Shown here one piece after another: positions 28,134-36,928 of a DNA stretch of 48,658 nt. Positions within the stretch are counted from its first letter, which is position 1. Every line of letters starts with the position of its first letter. The notes beneath the pieces were generated by a model. That model saw only the letters and a program-made list of their open reading frames with translations. It made no database searches and was not told the origin of the DNA. The DNA comes from an uncultured Bacteroides sp. (GTDB lineage Bacteria > Bacteroidota > Bacteroidia > Bacteroidales > Muribaculaceae): contig CAYNXG010000001.1 in assembly GCA_964401095.1 (NCBI GenBank), forward strand, positions 1 through 48,658, written 5' to 3'. The position numbers were made by a program, and so were the translations under genes.

Positions 28134-28168
28134 TTTTTAATAAAATTTTTGAATTTCTCGTGCCGCAC

Positions 28169-29089
28169 TTAGCTTTTCTGATACTGCGTGGGCGACATAC
28201 CGGTGAGATGTTTGAAATATTTTCCGAATGACGACTGATTGGAAAAGTTGAGCGTATAGGCTATCTGCTGTATGCTCTTGCCCGAGAACCGCAGCATGTT
28301 CTTGGCTTCCATTAGCACGAAATCGTCAATCCACCTGGCGGCCGAGCGGCCTGTGGCTTCCTTGACCAGCAGCGACAGATACTTAGGCGTGATGTAAAGC
28401 TTGTCGGCATAGAATGTCACCGACCTCTCGTGCATGTAATGGATGTGAACCAGCTTCATGAAATCGCGCACGTAGGTGTGGCGGCGTCCGGGGTCCTGGC
28501 CGCGGGTCGACGCCTCAAGCGCGCCGGCCAGGCGCTTGTGGTAGAACTGCACGAGCTGGTATACCAGCGCCGACGACAGGCTCGACGCTATCGACTTGTT
28601 TATCTGCGGGTTGAAGTCGTCTTTGGTGTTGGCGGCGAAAAGTTCGAGATAGCGTTTCAGCAGGTCGCACTCGTGGTGGTCGAGCCGCTGCACGGGGCTG
28701 GGCCGCTGCATGTTGGGCGGCATGGCTATGGACGTGAGGTTGACGTTGATGTTCTGTAGGAATTTTACGTCGAAAAACATTACGTAGGCGTTGAAATCGG
28801 TGGGCATGGGGCAGCCGAATTTCAGCACGTTGCCCGGAAAGGCCACCATGAACGACCCCGGCCCCATTGTATAAGGCTCCATGTTGATCTCCACATCGAT
28901 AGGGGTGCCGCTGAAGAGTAGAAACAGCATCATGCCGCCCATCTTGAGCGGCCATGTCTCCACGAGCTCCGTGAGACCTTTTGACCCCGGCACCAGGTGG
29001 GCGAAAAGATACAGGTCTTCGAGCTGGCAGTAACCGCGTGAAAATTCCTGGAGACGCGCTACATTGGCAAATTCGAGTATTTTTTCCAT
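28169..29089 (-). CDS. AraC family transcriptional regulator, 306 aa
   Basis: ERSVTFYADKLYITPKYLS...IQQIAYTLNFSNQSSFGKYFKHLTGMSPTQY. Start reassigned to MEKILEF, just downstream of TACATTTG (29114-29107). Confidence 0.92.
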   Translation of the reverse strand: MEKILEFANVARLQEFSRGYCQLEDLYLFAHLVPGSKGLTELVETWPLKMGGMMLFLLFSGTPIDVEINMEPYTMGPGSFMVAFPGNVLKFGCPMPTDFNAYVMFFDVKFLQNINVNLTSIAMPPNMQRPSPVQRLDHHECDLLKRYLELFAANTKDDFNPQINKSIASSLSSALVYQLVQFYHKRLAGALEASTRGQDPGRRHTYVRDFMKLVHIHYMHERSVTFYADKLYITPKYLSLLVKEATGRSAARWIDDFVLMEAKNMLRFSGKSIQQIAYTLNFSNQSSFGKYFKHLTGMSPTQYQKS

Positions 29090-29209
29090 AGATGTTAAAA
29101 TTACGACAAATGTACGACTATTTTGGTAAATATGGATACATCGGAGCGCATTTTTTGCAGATTTTGGCAATCGGGGCCGATTACGGCAGCCGCCGGCGCC
29201 TTCGGGCCG

Positions 29210-29217
29210 TAGCTTTG
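29210..29217 (+). promoter_or_regulatory. -7 promoter element of the holin-like gene
   Basis: TAGCTTTG, 42 nt upstream of ATG 29260. Confidence 0.5.
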
Positions 29218-29259
29218 TACCCGTTTCCTACGGCATAGAATCAAAATCACAGGATAGTT

Positions 29260-29739
29260 ATGACAATGATGTACAAGTATGTATCTGCCGGCGTGGCCGG
29301 CTATCTGTGGGCCTCGCTTGGCCCGGCGCTGCCCGTGGGGGCGGCGTGCACGGCAATGGTGCTCGCCGATGTATGGTCGGCCCGACGGCTGGCCCGACGG
29401 CTGGGACGCCGCCTGCCCTCGGCACGGCAGAAGCTGAAGTTCAACTCTGCAAAGTTCGGGCGCGTGGTGGCCACCCTGTCGCGCATATATCTCGCGCTGG
29501 CCCTCGCGGCCCTGGTGGAGCACGCTCTCGCGGGCGAGTGGGTACACCTTATCAAGCTTACGGGCGGCGTGATATGCTTCTGGCAGGCCGTGTCGGTGCT
29601 TGAGAACGAGGCCGCCTGCAATCCCCACCCGTGGGCGCGTGTGCTGGGCCGCTATCTGGTCGACAAGACCCTGCGCCACCTTGCTCCCGACGAGGCCGAG
29701 GCTCTGGCCGCGATGTTCAGAGATCCGCAACCGAAATGA
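29260..29739 (+). CDS. Phage holin family (Phage_holin_4_1/TcdE-like) membrane protein
   Basis: 159 aa with about three hydrophobic segments, a basic loop (KFNSAKFGRVV), FWQAVSVLENE (the family S(I/V)LEN motif) and WARVLGRYLVDKTLRH. Confidence 0.68.
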   Translation: MTMMYKYVSAGVAGYLWASLGPALPVGAACTAMVLADVWSARRLARRLGRRLPSARQKLKFNSAKFGRVVATLSRIYLALALAALVEHALAGEWVHLIKLTGGVICFWQAVSVLENEAACNPHPWARVLGRYLVDKTLRHLAPDEAEALAAMFRDPQPK

Positions 29740-32700
29740 TTTCGCCCAAAATGGGATACCACAGGAAGGCCCGCACCTCCCGGTATCCCATTGATTTTAT
29801 CATGGAGGCATAGCCGCGCACCTGCTCGTAGTGCGATTTGCGCACGGCCGAGGTGAACTTGTAGTCAATCACGTCCACGCTGCCGTCGGCGTTCCACACG
29901 ATGCGGTCGGCGCGGTGGTTGGTGTTGCTGCGGGTGTTGTAGATCGACTGCTCGTTGAGCACGCGCACGGCATCGGGCGAGAACCACCGCCGGGCATTGT
30001 CGCCGGCGCGCCCGAAGGCGTCGGTGATTTCGCGCCGGTACACCTCCAGCTCGCGGGCGGGGATGTCTCGGCGGTGATATTCTATGGCGTGGTCCAGGTC
30101 GTCGAGGGTGTACATCTGCGCCAGGATGGAGTGAAGGATGAGGCCGTGGCGTGCGGCGGCCTCCATTATGGCATTTTCGGGACGGTCTACAATCTCGCGC
30201 TCCACGTTGTTGCCTACGTCGGGGTCGTCCTCGTTGTCATCGGGCATCGTGAGGTCGGACAGGCGCGTAAGCGGCATGTTGAGCTTGTTGAACGACACGG
30301 TGAAGTCTATGGCATCGTAGCAGTCGCAGCTGTCGGAGTCCTCGCTGTCGTCGCGCACCGGCCGGGTGGGTTCGCCCTCGGCATAGTTGCCTGAATCGTC
30401 GGTGTGCCTCGACAGCGAGGTGTGCATGATGTCGTCGGTCGTCGCGGAGTCTCGGGCCATGGCCGCGACGACGGCGTCGGCCACGCGCAGCGCCGCTCCG
30501 GCTTTGGCCGGCCGCACAAGGCTCACGTGGAGCTCGCGCACGGCGCGGGTGAAGGCCACGTATGCCACGTTGAGATAGTCGGCCGTCTTCTCCTTGCGGC
30601 GTACGACGGTCTGTGTGCGCAGGGGGCAGTCGTCGGCGGTAAAGCCCTGCACGGGCGTGAGATACATCAGCGGGGGCCGCATCTCGTCGGGAATCTCGTC
30701 GAATCCGTCCATCTCAAACCATCCCGTCTCGTCGTCGGCCTCGAGCTTCCAGTCTATGGCCGGAATGTGCACGCAGGGCCACTCGAGGCCCTTGGCCTTG
30801 TGCACGGTGGATATCGTGACGGCGTTCTGTTTCTCGCCCGACGATATAGACAGCTTGTGCATGTTTTCGTGCCAGTAGTTGAGAAACGAGTGTATTGACG
30901 GCACATAGTCGCGTGCGAACTGCTCCACCAGGTCCACGAAGGCCATGATGTAGGGCAGCTCCTCGTTGCGTTCGTCGGGCGAGATCTTTATGTCGATTAT
31001 GGCTTCGACCAGGGCGCAGAGGTTCGACGGCGCCAGGGCCCTGATGCGGGCCAGGTCGTCGGCCAGGTCGTTGTGTCCGTCGGCTGTCTCGGCCCCGGGG
31101 TCGGCTTTGGCGCGTGCCACGGCCAGACGCAGGGCCTCGTCCACCTCCTTGCCGTGGGCCATGTAGTAGTTGAAGCTGTCGATGAGCATCGCGCGCCTGC
31201 GGCGGCCGTCATAGCGGCGTGCGCGGGCTTCTTCGACGGGGTCGGGCAGCGCGGGCACCTCGCGGCCTATGTACCGTGGCTCGGGCCCGGTGTCCTTGCC
31301 GTCGCCCAGAAAGCTTTTGTCGATAATCTCGAGGATGCTGACGATGAGCTTCACGGCGCGGCTGCTGCGCAGCTTCAGGGCTTCCTCGCTCACGAGCGGA
31401 ATCTCGGGAAACGCGTGCTGGAGCGCTTCGGCTATGTCGGAGGCATTGTTGTGGGTGCGGCATAGAATGGCTATCTCGTCGAAGCGGTAGCCCCGACGGT
31501 GCTGGTCCATGATGCTCTCGCCCAGTATGCGGTAGGCGGCTTCCTTGGCGTTGGGGATGCCGTCCTCGCCGGCGATGGCCTGCATGCCTTCGGGGCTGAG
31601 GACGCGGGCGGCCGTCGTGGCGGCCTTGTCGCCCTGCAGGTCATAGACGCGCACCATACCCGGCACGCCGGCCATTTTCGGGCCGGGCGTCTGCGCCACG
31701 CCTTCGTAGCCTTCCACCCCGCACATGTCGGCCATGATGCGGAAGAGGCTGTTGTTGAACTTCACCAGCAGATGAGCCGAGCGGTAGTTGGTGTTTTCGC
31801 CCGGCAGCTCGCCCCGCACGCGGTGGCAGTCGGGAAAGTCGCTGTCGGCCACTTCCGAGCCCAGCAGGTGCGAGTCGCCGCCTCGCCAGCGGTAGATCGA
31901 CTGCTTCACGTCGCCGATTATGAGATTGTCGTTCTCGGCGCTGAGCGAATTGGCCAGCAGCGGGCGCAGGTTGTGCCACTGCAGGCGGCTGGTGTCCTGG
32001 AATTCGTCGATGAGGAAGTTCTCGAGCTCCACGCCTACGCGCTCGTAGATGAATGGGGTGTCGCTCTCGCTGATGATGGCACCGAGCAGCGAATTGGTGT
32101 CGGCGATTACTATGAGGTTGTTCTCGCGGCGGTAGCGGTCGATGTAACGGTAGATGTATGCCAGGGCGAGCAGGGTGTCGGTCTTGGCCAGCATCTCGCC
32201 GTAAACATGGCGCTTCATGGCCCCCGACCTCAGCCGGGCGTACCAGTCGAAAAGCGCCGCGAGCAGGGATTCGGGCGGGATATACTTTGCCTTGAAAAGT
32301 TTGTCGGGGCAGCGGCGGGCGAGATTGGCGAGATACTGCGATGTGCCGTCGGCCACGGCCGGAAATTTTTTCTCGCTCAGGCATCTGTTTGCCACAATGT
32401 CTTTTATGAAATTGAGAAGATTGCTTGTGGCGGGCGCGTCGCCTATCATTTTGAGCATCGCGGCGGCTTCGGACGCCTCGGCTGTCTTGATGTCGTCGAT
32501 GCGCTTCCGCAGCCATATCTTTAGGCCCGTGGCCCGCGAGGGGTCGGACAGATACTCGTCCATCTCGAGGCGCCGGCTTGTGAATTCTTCTGAAAAGGCC
32601 TGCAACAGGCTCGACACCAGGTCGCTGTACATGCCTCCCGAGCGGTTGAAGGGGTTGAAGTCGCGTCCCTCGCACATGCGGTCGCGGGCCATGTCGTTGA

Positions 32701-33265
32701 GCCATCCGGCCACGGCGCGGCACTCCACGGCGCCGGCATCGTTGTTCACCTCGTCGAAAAGCAGCGATATGGCCTGGCTGATTACCGTGCGCTCGTCGAG
32801 CTCGAGGCGGTAGTCGCCCTGGCGGTCGATTTCGCGGGCGAAGCTGCGCAGGATTGTCTGGAAAAAGGCATCGATGGTGCTGACATTGAACCGGCTGTAG
32901 TCGTTGAGCAGCGAGCGCAGGCTGCGTGCGGCCACCTCGCGCAGCTCGTCGCGCGTGCAGCCGAATATGCGGGTGAGCGTCGGTGCGTATGACGAGTCTT
33001 TCGAGCCCTTGGCGGGGGTGCGCGACAGGGCGTCGAGATCCCGTATGATACGGTCTTTCATCTCCGCGGTGGCCTTGTTGGTGAAGGTTATGGCCAGCAC
33101 GCGCGAGTGCGACCGCCGGTTTTCGGGCATTCCACCCAGATAGCGGCGGTGGTTGAGCACGTATCGGCCGTCTTCGAGCCGCACGCCCAGCAGCAGCTTG
33201 ATGTATTCGAGGACGAGGGTATAGGTCTTTCCCGAGCCGGCCGATGCCTTGTAGATGGTCAGCAT
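29717..33265 (-). CDS. addA: AddA/RecB-like UvrD helicase-nuclease
   Basis: ASAGSGKT, AITFTNKAT, IDEFQDTS, GDVKQSIYRWRG, TVHKAKGLE, YVAFTRA. C-terminal nuclease HGLILH...RADRI...IDYKF; 1182 aa. Confidence 0.85.
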   Translation of the reverse strand: MLTIYKASAGSGKTYTLVLEYIKLLLGVRLEDGRYVLNHRRYLGGMPENRRSHSRVLAITFTNKATAEMKDRIIRDLDALSRTPAKGSKDSSYAPTLTRIFGCTRDELREVAARSLRSLLNDYSRFNVSTIDAFFQTILRSFAREIDRQGDYRLELDERTVISQAISLLFDEVNNDAGAVECRAVAGWLNDMARDRMCEGRDFNPFNRSGGMYSDLVSSLLQAFSEEFTSRRLEMDEYLSDPSRATGLKIWLRKRIDDIKTAEASEAAAMLKMIGDAPATSNLLNFIKDIVANRCLSEKKFPAVADGTSQYLANLARRCPDKLFKAKYIPPESLLAALFDWYARLRSGAMKRHVYGEMLAKTDTLLALAYIYRYIDRYRRENNLIVIADTNSLLGAIISESDTPFIYERVGVELENFLIDEFQDTSRLQWHNLRPLLANSLSAENDNLIIGDVKQSIYRWRGGDSHLLGSEVADSDFPDCHRVRGELPGENTNYRSAHLLVKFNNSLFRIMADMCGVEGYEGVAQTPGPKMAGVPGMVRVYDLQGDKAATTAARVLSPEGMQAIAGEDGIPNAKEAAYRILGESIMDQHRRGYRFDEIAILCRTHNNASDIAEALQHAFPEIPLVSEEALKLRSSRAVKLIVSILEIIDKSFLGDGKDTGPEPRYIGREVPALPDPVEEARARRYDGRRRRAMLIDSFNYYMAHGKEVDEALRLAVARAKADPGAETADGHNDLADDLARIRALAPSNLCALVEAIIDIKISPDERNEELPYIMAFVDLVEQFARDYVPSIHSFLNYWHENMHKLSISSGEKQNAVTISTVHKAKGLEWPCVHIPAIDWKLEADDETGWFEMDGFDEIPDEMRPPLMYLTPVQGFTADDCPLRTQTVVRRKEKTADYLNVAYVAFTRAVRELHVSLVRPAKAGAALRVADAVVAAMARDSATTDDIMHTSLSRHTDDSGNYAEGEPTRPVRDDSEDSDSCDCYDAIDFTVSFNKLNMPLTRLSDLTMPDDNEDDPDVGNNVEREIVDRPENAIMEAAARHGLILHSILAQMYTLDDLDHAIEYHRRDIPARELEVYRREITDAFGRAGDNARRWFSPDAVRVLNEQSIYNTRSNTNHRADRIVWNADGSVDVIDYKFTSAVRKSHYEQVRGYASMIKSMGYREVRAFLWYPILGEIISVADL

Positions 33266-34113
33266 AGGCTCTTGCGCTCGAAGGCGTCGATATACGAGCC
33301 GGGGGTGGCGTTGTAGATTCTGACGCCGCGGGTGGCGGCATAGCGCGCCAGCACGTGATAGGATCTGAACGCCGTGTAGAAGCTCTTGAGGATATCGTGG
33401 AGATGATAGCCTTTATATTCTGTGGCCGAGCGGTTTAGCTCGGTCTTGGAGTCGGCGTAGAAGTGGGGCTGTACCGACACCACGTGGTTGTCGTCGGTGA
33501 CGCGTATCGTCTCGAGCCACGAATGGTCGGCGCCGGTGAGGTATATGTCGCGGTAGCCCGCGGCGATGGCCGCCATTATGGCCGGAATGAGCACGTTGCG
33601 CGGTCGGGGCATGGCCATGCCGCTGTTGAATGCCATGTCCTCGAAGAGCGTGAAGCCTTCGACGCCCACAAAGTTGAACGTGGCGATGCTCACGCGGGGC
33701 GCCTCGCCCAGCAGCTGCTCGGCCCGCGCGGCCATGTCGGCGGGCACGCAGAGGGTCATGTTGTGGGTCGATGCGGCGATGGCGGCCCACAGCGTGCGCA
33801 CGTTTTCCTGGTCGGTGCGGTTGAAGAAATGCGGGTCGGCCAGCACGTAGAAATCGGGCTTCAGCATGGCGAACTGCGGCGTGTTGGCCATGAAATTGAC
33901 CGCCACGGTGGGTGTCATGGCCAGCAGCGACGAATATGTGTCGATAGTTTCCTTGAGCGACGGGCCGTTACCGAGGATTATGACGCGGTCACCGCCCTTG
34001 GCCGACGGCGCGGGCGCCTTGACCGAGCGCGACTGCATCAGTATTTTCAGCGTGCCTTTGAGCGTGTCGCCCAGGCATGAGGCAAATTCAGAGGCTTTCA
34101 TCGTCATAGACAT
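33259..34113 (-). CDS. DUF115/Maf-like (CstII-fold-like) putative nonulosonic-acid glycosyltransferase
   Basis: VIILGNGPSL, AVN, PDFYVLAD, IYLTGADHSW, PHFY, IYNATPGSYIDAF. Located in a glycan gene run. Confidence 0.6.
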   Translation of the reverse strand: MSMTMKASEFASCLGDTLKGTLKILMQSRSVKAPAPSAKGGDRVIILGNGPSLKETIDTYSSLLAMTPTVAVNFMANTPQFAMLKPDFYVLADPHFFNRTDQENVRTLWAAIAASTHNMTLCVPADMAARAEQLLGEAPRVSIATFNFVGVEGFTLFEDMAFNSGMAMPRPRNVLIPAIMAAIAAGYRDIYLTGADHSWLETIRVTDDNHVVSVQPHFYADSKTELNRSATEYKGYHLHDILKSFYTAFRSYHVLARYAATRGVRIYNATPGSYIDAFERKSLC

Positions 34114-34696
34114 GTGTGGTGAGATATTCTGTTACGGGGGTGGCCTTGAAGCTGAACCGGGCCGCGAATTCCGAGCCGTCGGCGAGGCGGTCGGTGGTGA
34201 CGGTGCGCCGCAAGGCGGGGCTCATCAGGAAGAATGCCGCGAGGGGCTTCACCGTAAGTATGCGTTTGTCGTTGATGCGGCGGGCCAGGGCGTCGGCCAG
34301 GGCGTCGAATGTGGGGTCGTCGCCGTCGGTGACGGTCCACACGCCTTCCGAGCCGAGGGCGAGGGCCGCGGCGCGCGCCACGTCGGATGCGTGTACCACC
34401 GACAGGCGGGCGGTGTTGCCCTTGATGTGGAAGAAGCGGCCCGAGGCCACGCTGCGCGCCAGCTCCATGGGCAGGCCGGTCATGCCGGTGCCCACCACTG
34501 CCGGGCACACAAGCACCGTCGGGGCCGACGGTGTGGCCGGCGCCTCCGGGGCTATCTCTATGTCGGCGGGGGCGTCATGGCATAGCGTCACCTCATAGGC
34601 GGCCAGCTCGCGCGAGATGTATGGTAGAATGAAATCGAGGCCGTGGCCGAGAGCCACGCGCAGCACTGGCTTGTCCACGGATGCGTTGTTATCCAT
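34088..34696 (-). CDS. Protein resembling the C-terminal half of an NAD-dependent epimerase/dehydratase (extended SDR), 202 aa
   Basis: TVLVCPAVVGTG, RLSVVHASDVARAA, WTVTDG. The N-terminal region is too short for a full Rossmann fold. Start reassigned to MDNNAS (downstream of the promoter). Confidence 0.6.
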   Translation of the reverse strand: MDNNASVDKPVLRVALGHGLDFILPYISRELAAYEVTLCHDAPADIEIAPEAPATPSAPTVLVCPAVVGTGMTGLPMELARSVASGRFFHIKGNTARLSVVHASDVARAAALALGSEGVWTVTDGDDPTFDALADALARRINDKRILTVKPLAAFFLMSPALRRTVTTDRLADGSEFAARFSFKATPVTEYLTTHVYDDESL

Positions 34697-34707
34697 TGTC
34701 GTTCTTT

Positions 34708-34741
34708 TTACTGTACTGCAAAAATTACTGTACTGCAAAAA
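34708..34741. repeat. Perfect 17-bp tandem duplication in a promoter/5' UTR
   Basis: TTACTGTACTGCAAAAA x2. It overlaps the minus-strand TATTTTTG element at 34743-34736. Confidence 0.85.
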
Positions 34742-34781
34742 TAGTGAATAAGCCCGACTTCCCCAAATCCGCGGGCATAAT

Positions 34782-35534
34782 TCATGGCCGGCGCCCCGAC
34801 AGCAGGTCGCGCAGTATGAGCAGATATTTCCCGGCCAGGTTCAGCGGATTGGCCGGCAGGCCGTTGGCCCGCAGGGCTTTCAGCTTTTCCATATTGTTTG
34901 TGAAAAGCCGGGCGCGGAGGGTGGTTGACAGGCCGCCCGTGGGCATAAGCACCATGGTGAGGGGCAGGTAGCGGCTGCGCAGCGATGTGTCGGCAAACAG
35001 TCGCATCCACATGTCGGTGTCGCCGCACATCACATAGCCGGTGTCATAATACCCTACCTTCTCGAGCACGCGGCGGCGCATGTAGAGGGTGGGGTGGGGC
35101 GGCGCCATGCCGTAGAGCAGGTGGGCGGGTCTGAACCTGTCGGCGCGGTAGAGGCGTCCGGGCGAATATGTGCCGGGCGACACATATCGTATGTCGGCAT
35201 ATACAAAGTCGAGCTCCGGATCGCTGTCAAATGCCTGCGCCACCCTGTCGAGGATGTCGTCGGAGGCGAATATGTCGGCGCCGTGGAGCAGCCCCAGGAT
35301 GTCGCCGGTGCATTTTTCCAGGCCGGCGTTGAGGGCGTCGTACACGCCGCGCCGTTCGCGCCGTATGTATCCCGAGCCGAATTTTTCAGCCAGGGGGCGG
35401 GCGCTTCCGTCGGGCGTGCCGTCCACCACTATGTGCTCCACCCGGCTGTAGCTCTGCGAGGCCACGCTGCGGAGTGTCTTTTCCAAGGCGTCGCCGGCTT
35501 GGATAGTGGCTGTCACGACAGATATGACATTCAT
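34782..35534 (-). CDS. Glycosyltransferase family 2 (WcaE/WfgS-like), 250 aa
   Basis: Start reassigned to MNVISVVTAT (ATGA overlap with the upstream gene). EHIVVDG, GVYDALNAGL, GLLHGAD, PPHPTLY, GDTDMW. Confidence 0.88.
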   Translation of the reverse strand: MNVISVVTATIQAGDALEKTLRSVASQSYSRVEHIVVDGTPDGSARPLAEKFGSGYIRRERRGVYDALNAGLEKCTGDILGLLHGADIFASDDILDRVAQAFDSDPELDFVYADIRYVSPGTYSPGRLYRADRFRPAHLLYGMAPPHPTLYMRRRVLEKVGYYDTGYVMCGDTDMWMRLFADTSLRSRYLPLTMVLMPTGGLSTTLRARLFTNNMEKLKALRANGLPANPLNLAGKYLLILRDLLSGRRP

Positions 35535-36928
35535 AGACGTACGGCGGTGTGCAGGTAATAGACGGTTATGAGCACGGCCGCCAGTATGACGGTGTAGACT
35601 CCGAGCCATACGTGGAGCGAGCGCCTGCGGCGGTCGAGCACCAGCGTGGCCGCGGCGGCGGGCAGCAGCATGGGCAGGTAGGGCAGGCAGTAGCGCGAGG
35701 CGCGCCCCGCATCGAGGTAGGCCGATACGACGGTGAGAAGCACGGCCCAGGCCACAAGCAGCAGCATGGCCGGGGACGTGGCGCGCAGGCGCGCCGTGAC
35801 GCGGTACACCACCAGCGCGGCCGCATAGTACCAGAAGAATCCGAAGTGTGCCACGGCGGTGAATGGCCCGAACTCGAAGTGCGAGGCCCACGTCCACGGC
35901 AGCGGCAGCAGGAACTGCAGTCCCAGGGCCGCGGGCAGCATCAGCAGCTTGTGAGCCAGGGACACCCGGCCGTCAATCCCGATCATGCCCTCGTAGATGC
36001 GCGTGTCGCTGTCGGTTACGTATGTTTTCATGGCCAGGCCGTGGTCGACCATGCGTATGAAGCCCTTGGGGCCGCCGATGAGAATGTGATGGGTCAGGAA
36101 CCTCATGCCGGCGGCGAATGCTATCACCGCTGCAAACCGCAGGTCGAAGCGCCACGGATTACGGCGCACGCCCATCATCACGGCGCCGAGGATAATCATG
36201 TACATGGCCTGTCCGCGCAGAAACGCCAGTCCTACGATTGCCGTGAACATTCCGGCCACTTCGGCGCCCGTGACGCCGCGGCCCTCCGACACGCGCCAGC
36301 GCGTCATGACCAGGGCGGCAAGGCCCATGAGCATCGTTACCTCTACATCCTTGATGAATACCGCTGTCTGTTCCAGCAGATAGCACATCAGCAGGCCGCA
36401 GAGCATGGTGGCCGTGGCTATGCGGCGCGATGCCGTCAGCGTCCACGATATGGCGCCCATGATGATGAGCGTGAGGCTGTAGCACAGCACGTTGAACATC
36501 AGCGGCACGCCTATGTCGCGCCCGAATACGGCCATGAGTCCGGCCGCGAGGCGGCACAGGTTGCGTTTTGAGGGCGCCAGGCCCGTGCTGTCGCCCGTAA
36601 GGTAGCCTATGGTAGAGTTCCAGTCGAGCGACGAGTCCCAGTTTAGCAGCATGGGATTGTCATAGCCCGTGTTGAAGACAGCCGTGTAGTAGTTTATGTT
36701 GATTATCACGCCGAATGTGGCCAGCGTGATTCCCGCGAGCAATATCCATGCGCCGCCGCGCGTGCGGAACGGACAGCGGCCGTAGACGATGAATGTCACG
36801 GCATATATTACGGCGAGGGCGGTCAGGAGAAATCCGGCACGGGCGCCGGGCCATACGGCGATGCTGCCTGCGAGGAGGGCGAAGCAGAGCAGCGCGGCGA
36901 TGCTGAAATTTCTCTTGAACGGATTCAT
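35531..36928 (-). CDS. Polytopic membrane protein, Wzy polymerase / GT-C-like, 465 aa
   Basis: Start reassigned to MNPFKRNF (TGATG overlap with the upstream gene). About 11-12 hydrophobic segments, WDSSLDW, IKDV, RYCLPYLP. Lies between a priming GT and a GT2. Confidence 0.6.
   Translation of the reverse strand: MNPFKRNFSIAALLCFALLAGSIAVWPGARAGFLLTALAVIYAVTFIVYGRCPFRTRGGAWILLAGITLATFGVIININYYTAVFNTGYDNPMLLNWDSSLDWNSTIGYLTGDSTGLAPSKRNLCRLAAGLMAVFGRDIGVPLMFNVLCYSLTLIIMGAISWTLTASRRIATATMLCGLLMCYLLEQTAVFIKDVEVTMLMGLAALVMTRWRVSEGRGVTGAEVAGMFTAIVGLAFLRGQAMYMIILGAVMMGVRRNPWRFDLRFAAVIAFAAGMRFLTHHILIGGPKGFIRMVDHGLAMKTYVTDSDTRIYEGMIGIDGRVSLAHKLLMLPAALGLQFLLPLPWTWASHFEFGPFTAVAHFGFFWYYAAALVVYRVTARLRATSPAMLLLVAWAVLLTVVSAYLDAGRASRYCLPYLPMLLPAAAATLVLDRRRRSLHVWLGVYTVILAAVLITVYYLHTAVRL

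Noticed and set aside
29260-29739. Prophage at the holin-like gene
   Set aside because: No endolysin, structural, integrase or replication genes are adjacent, and the composition matches the host.
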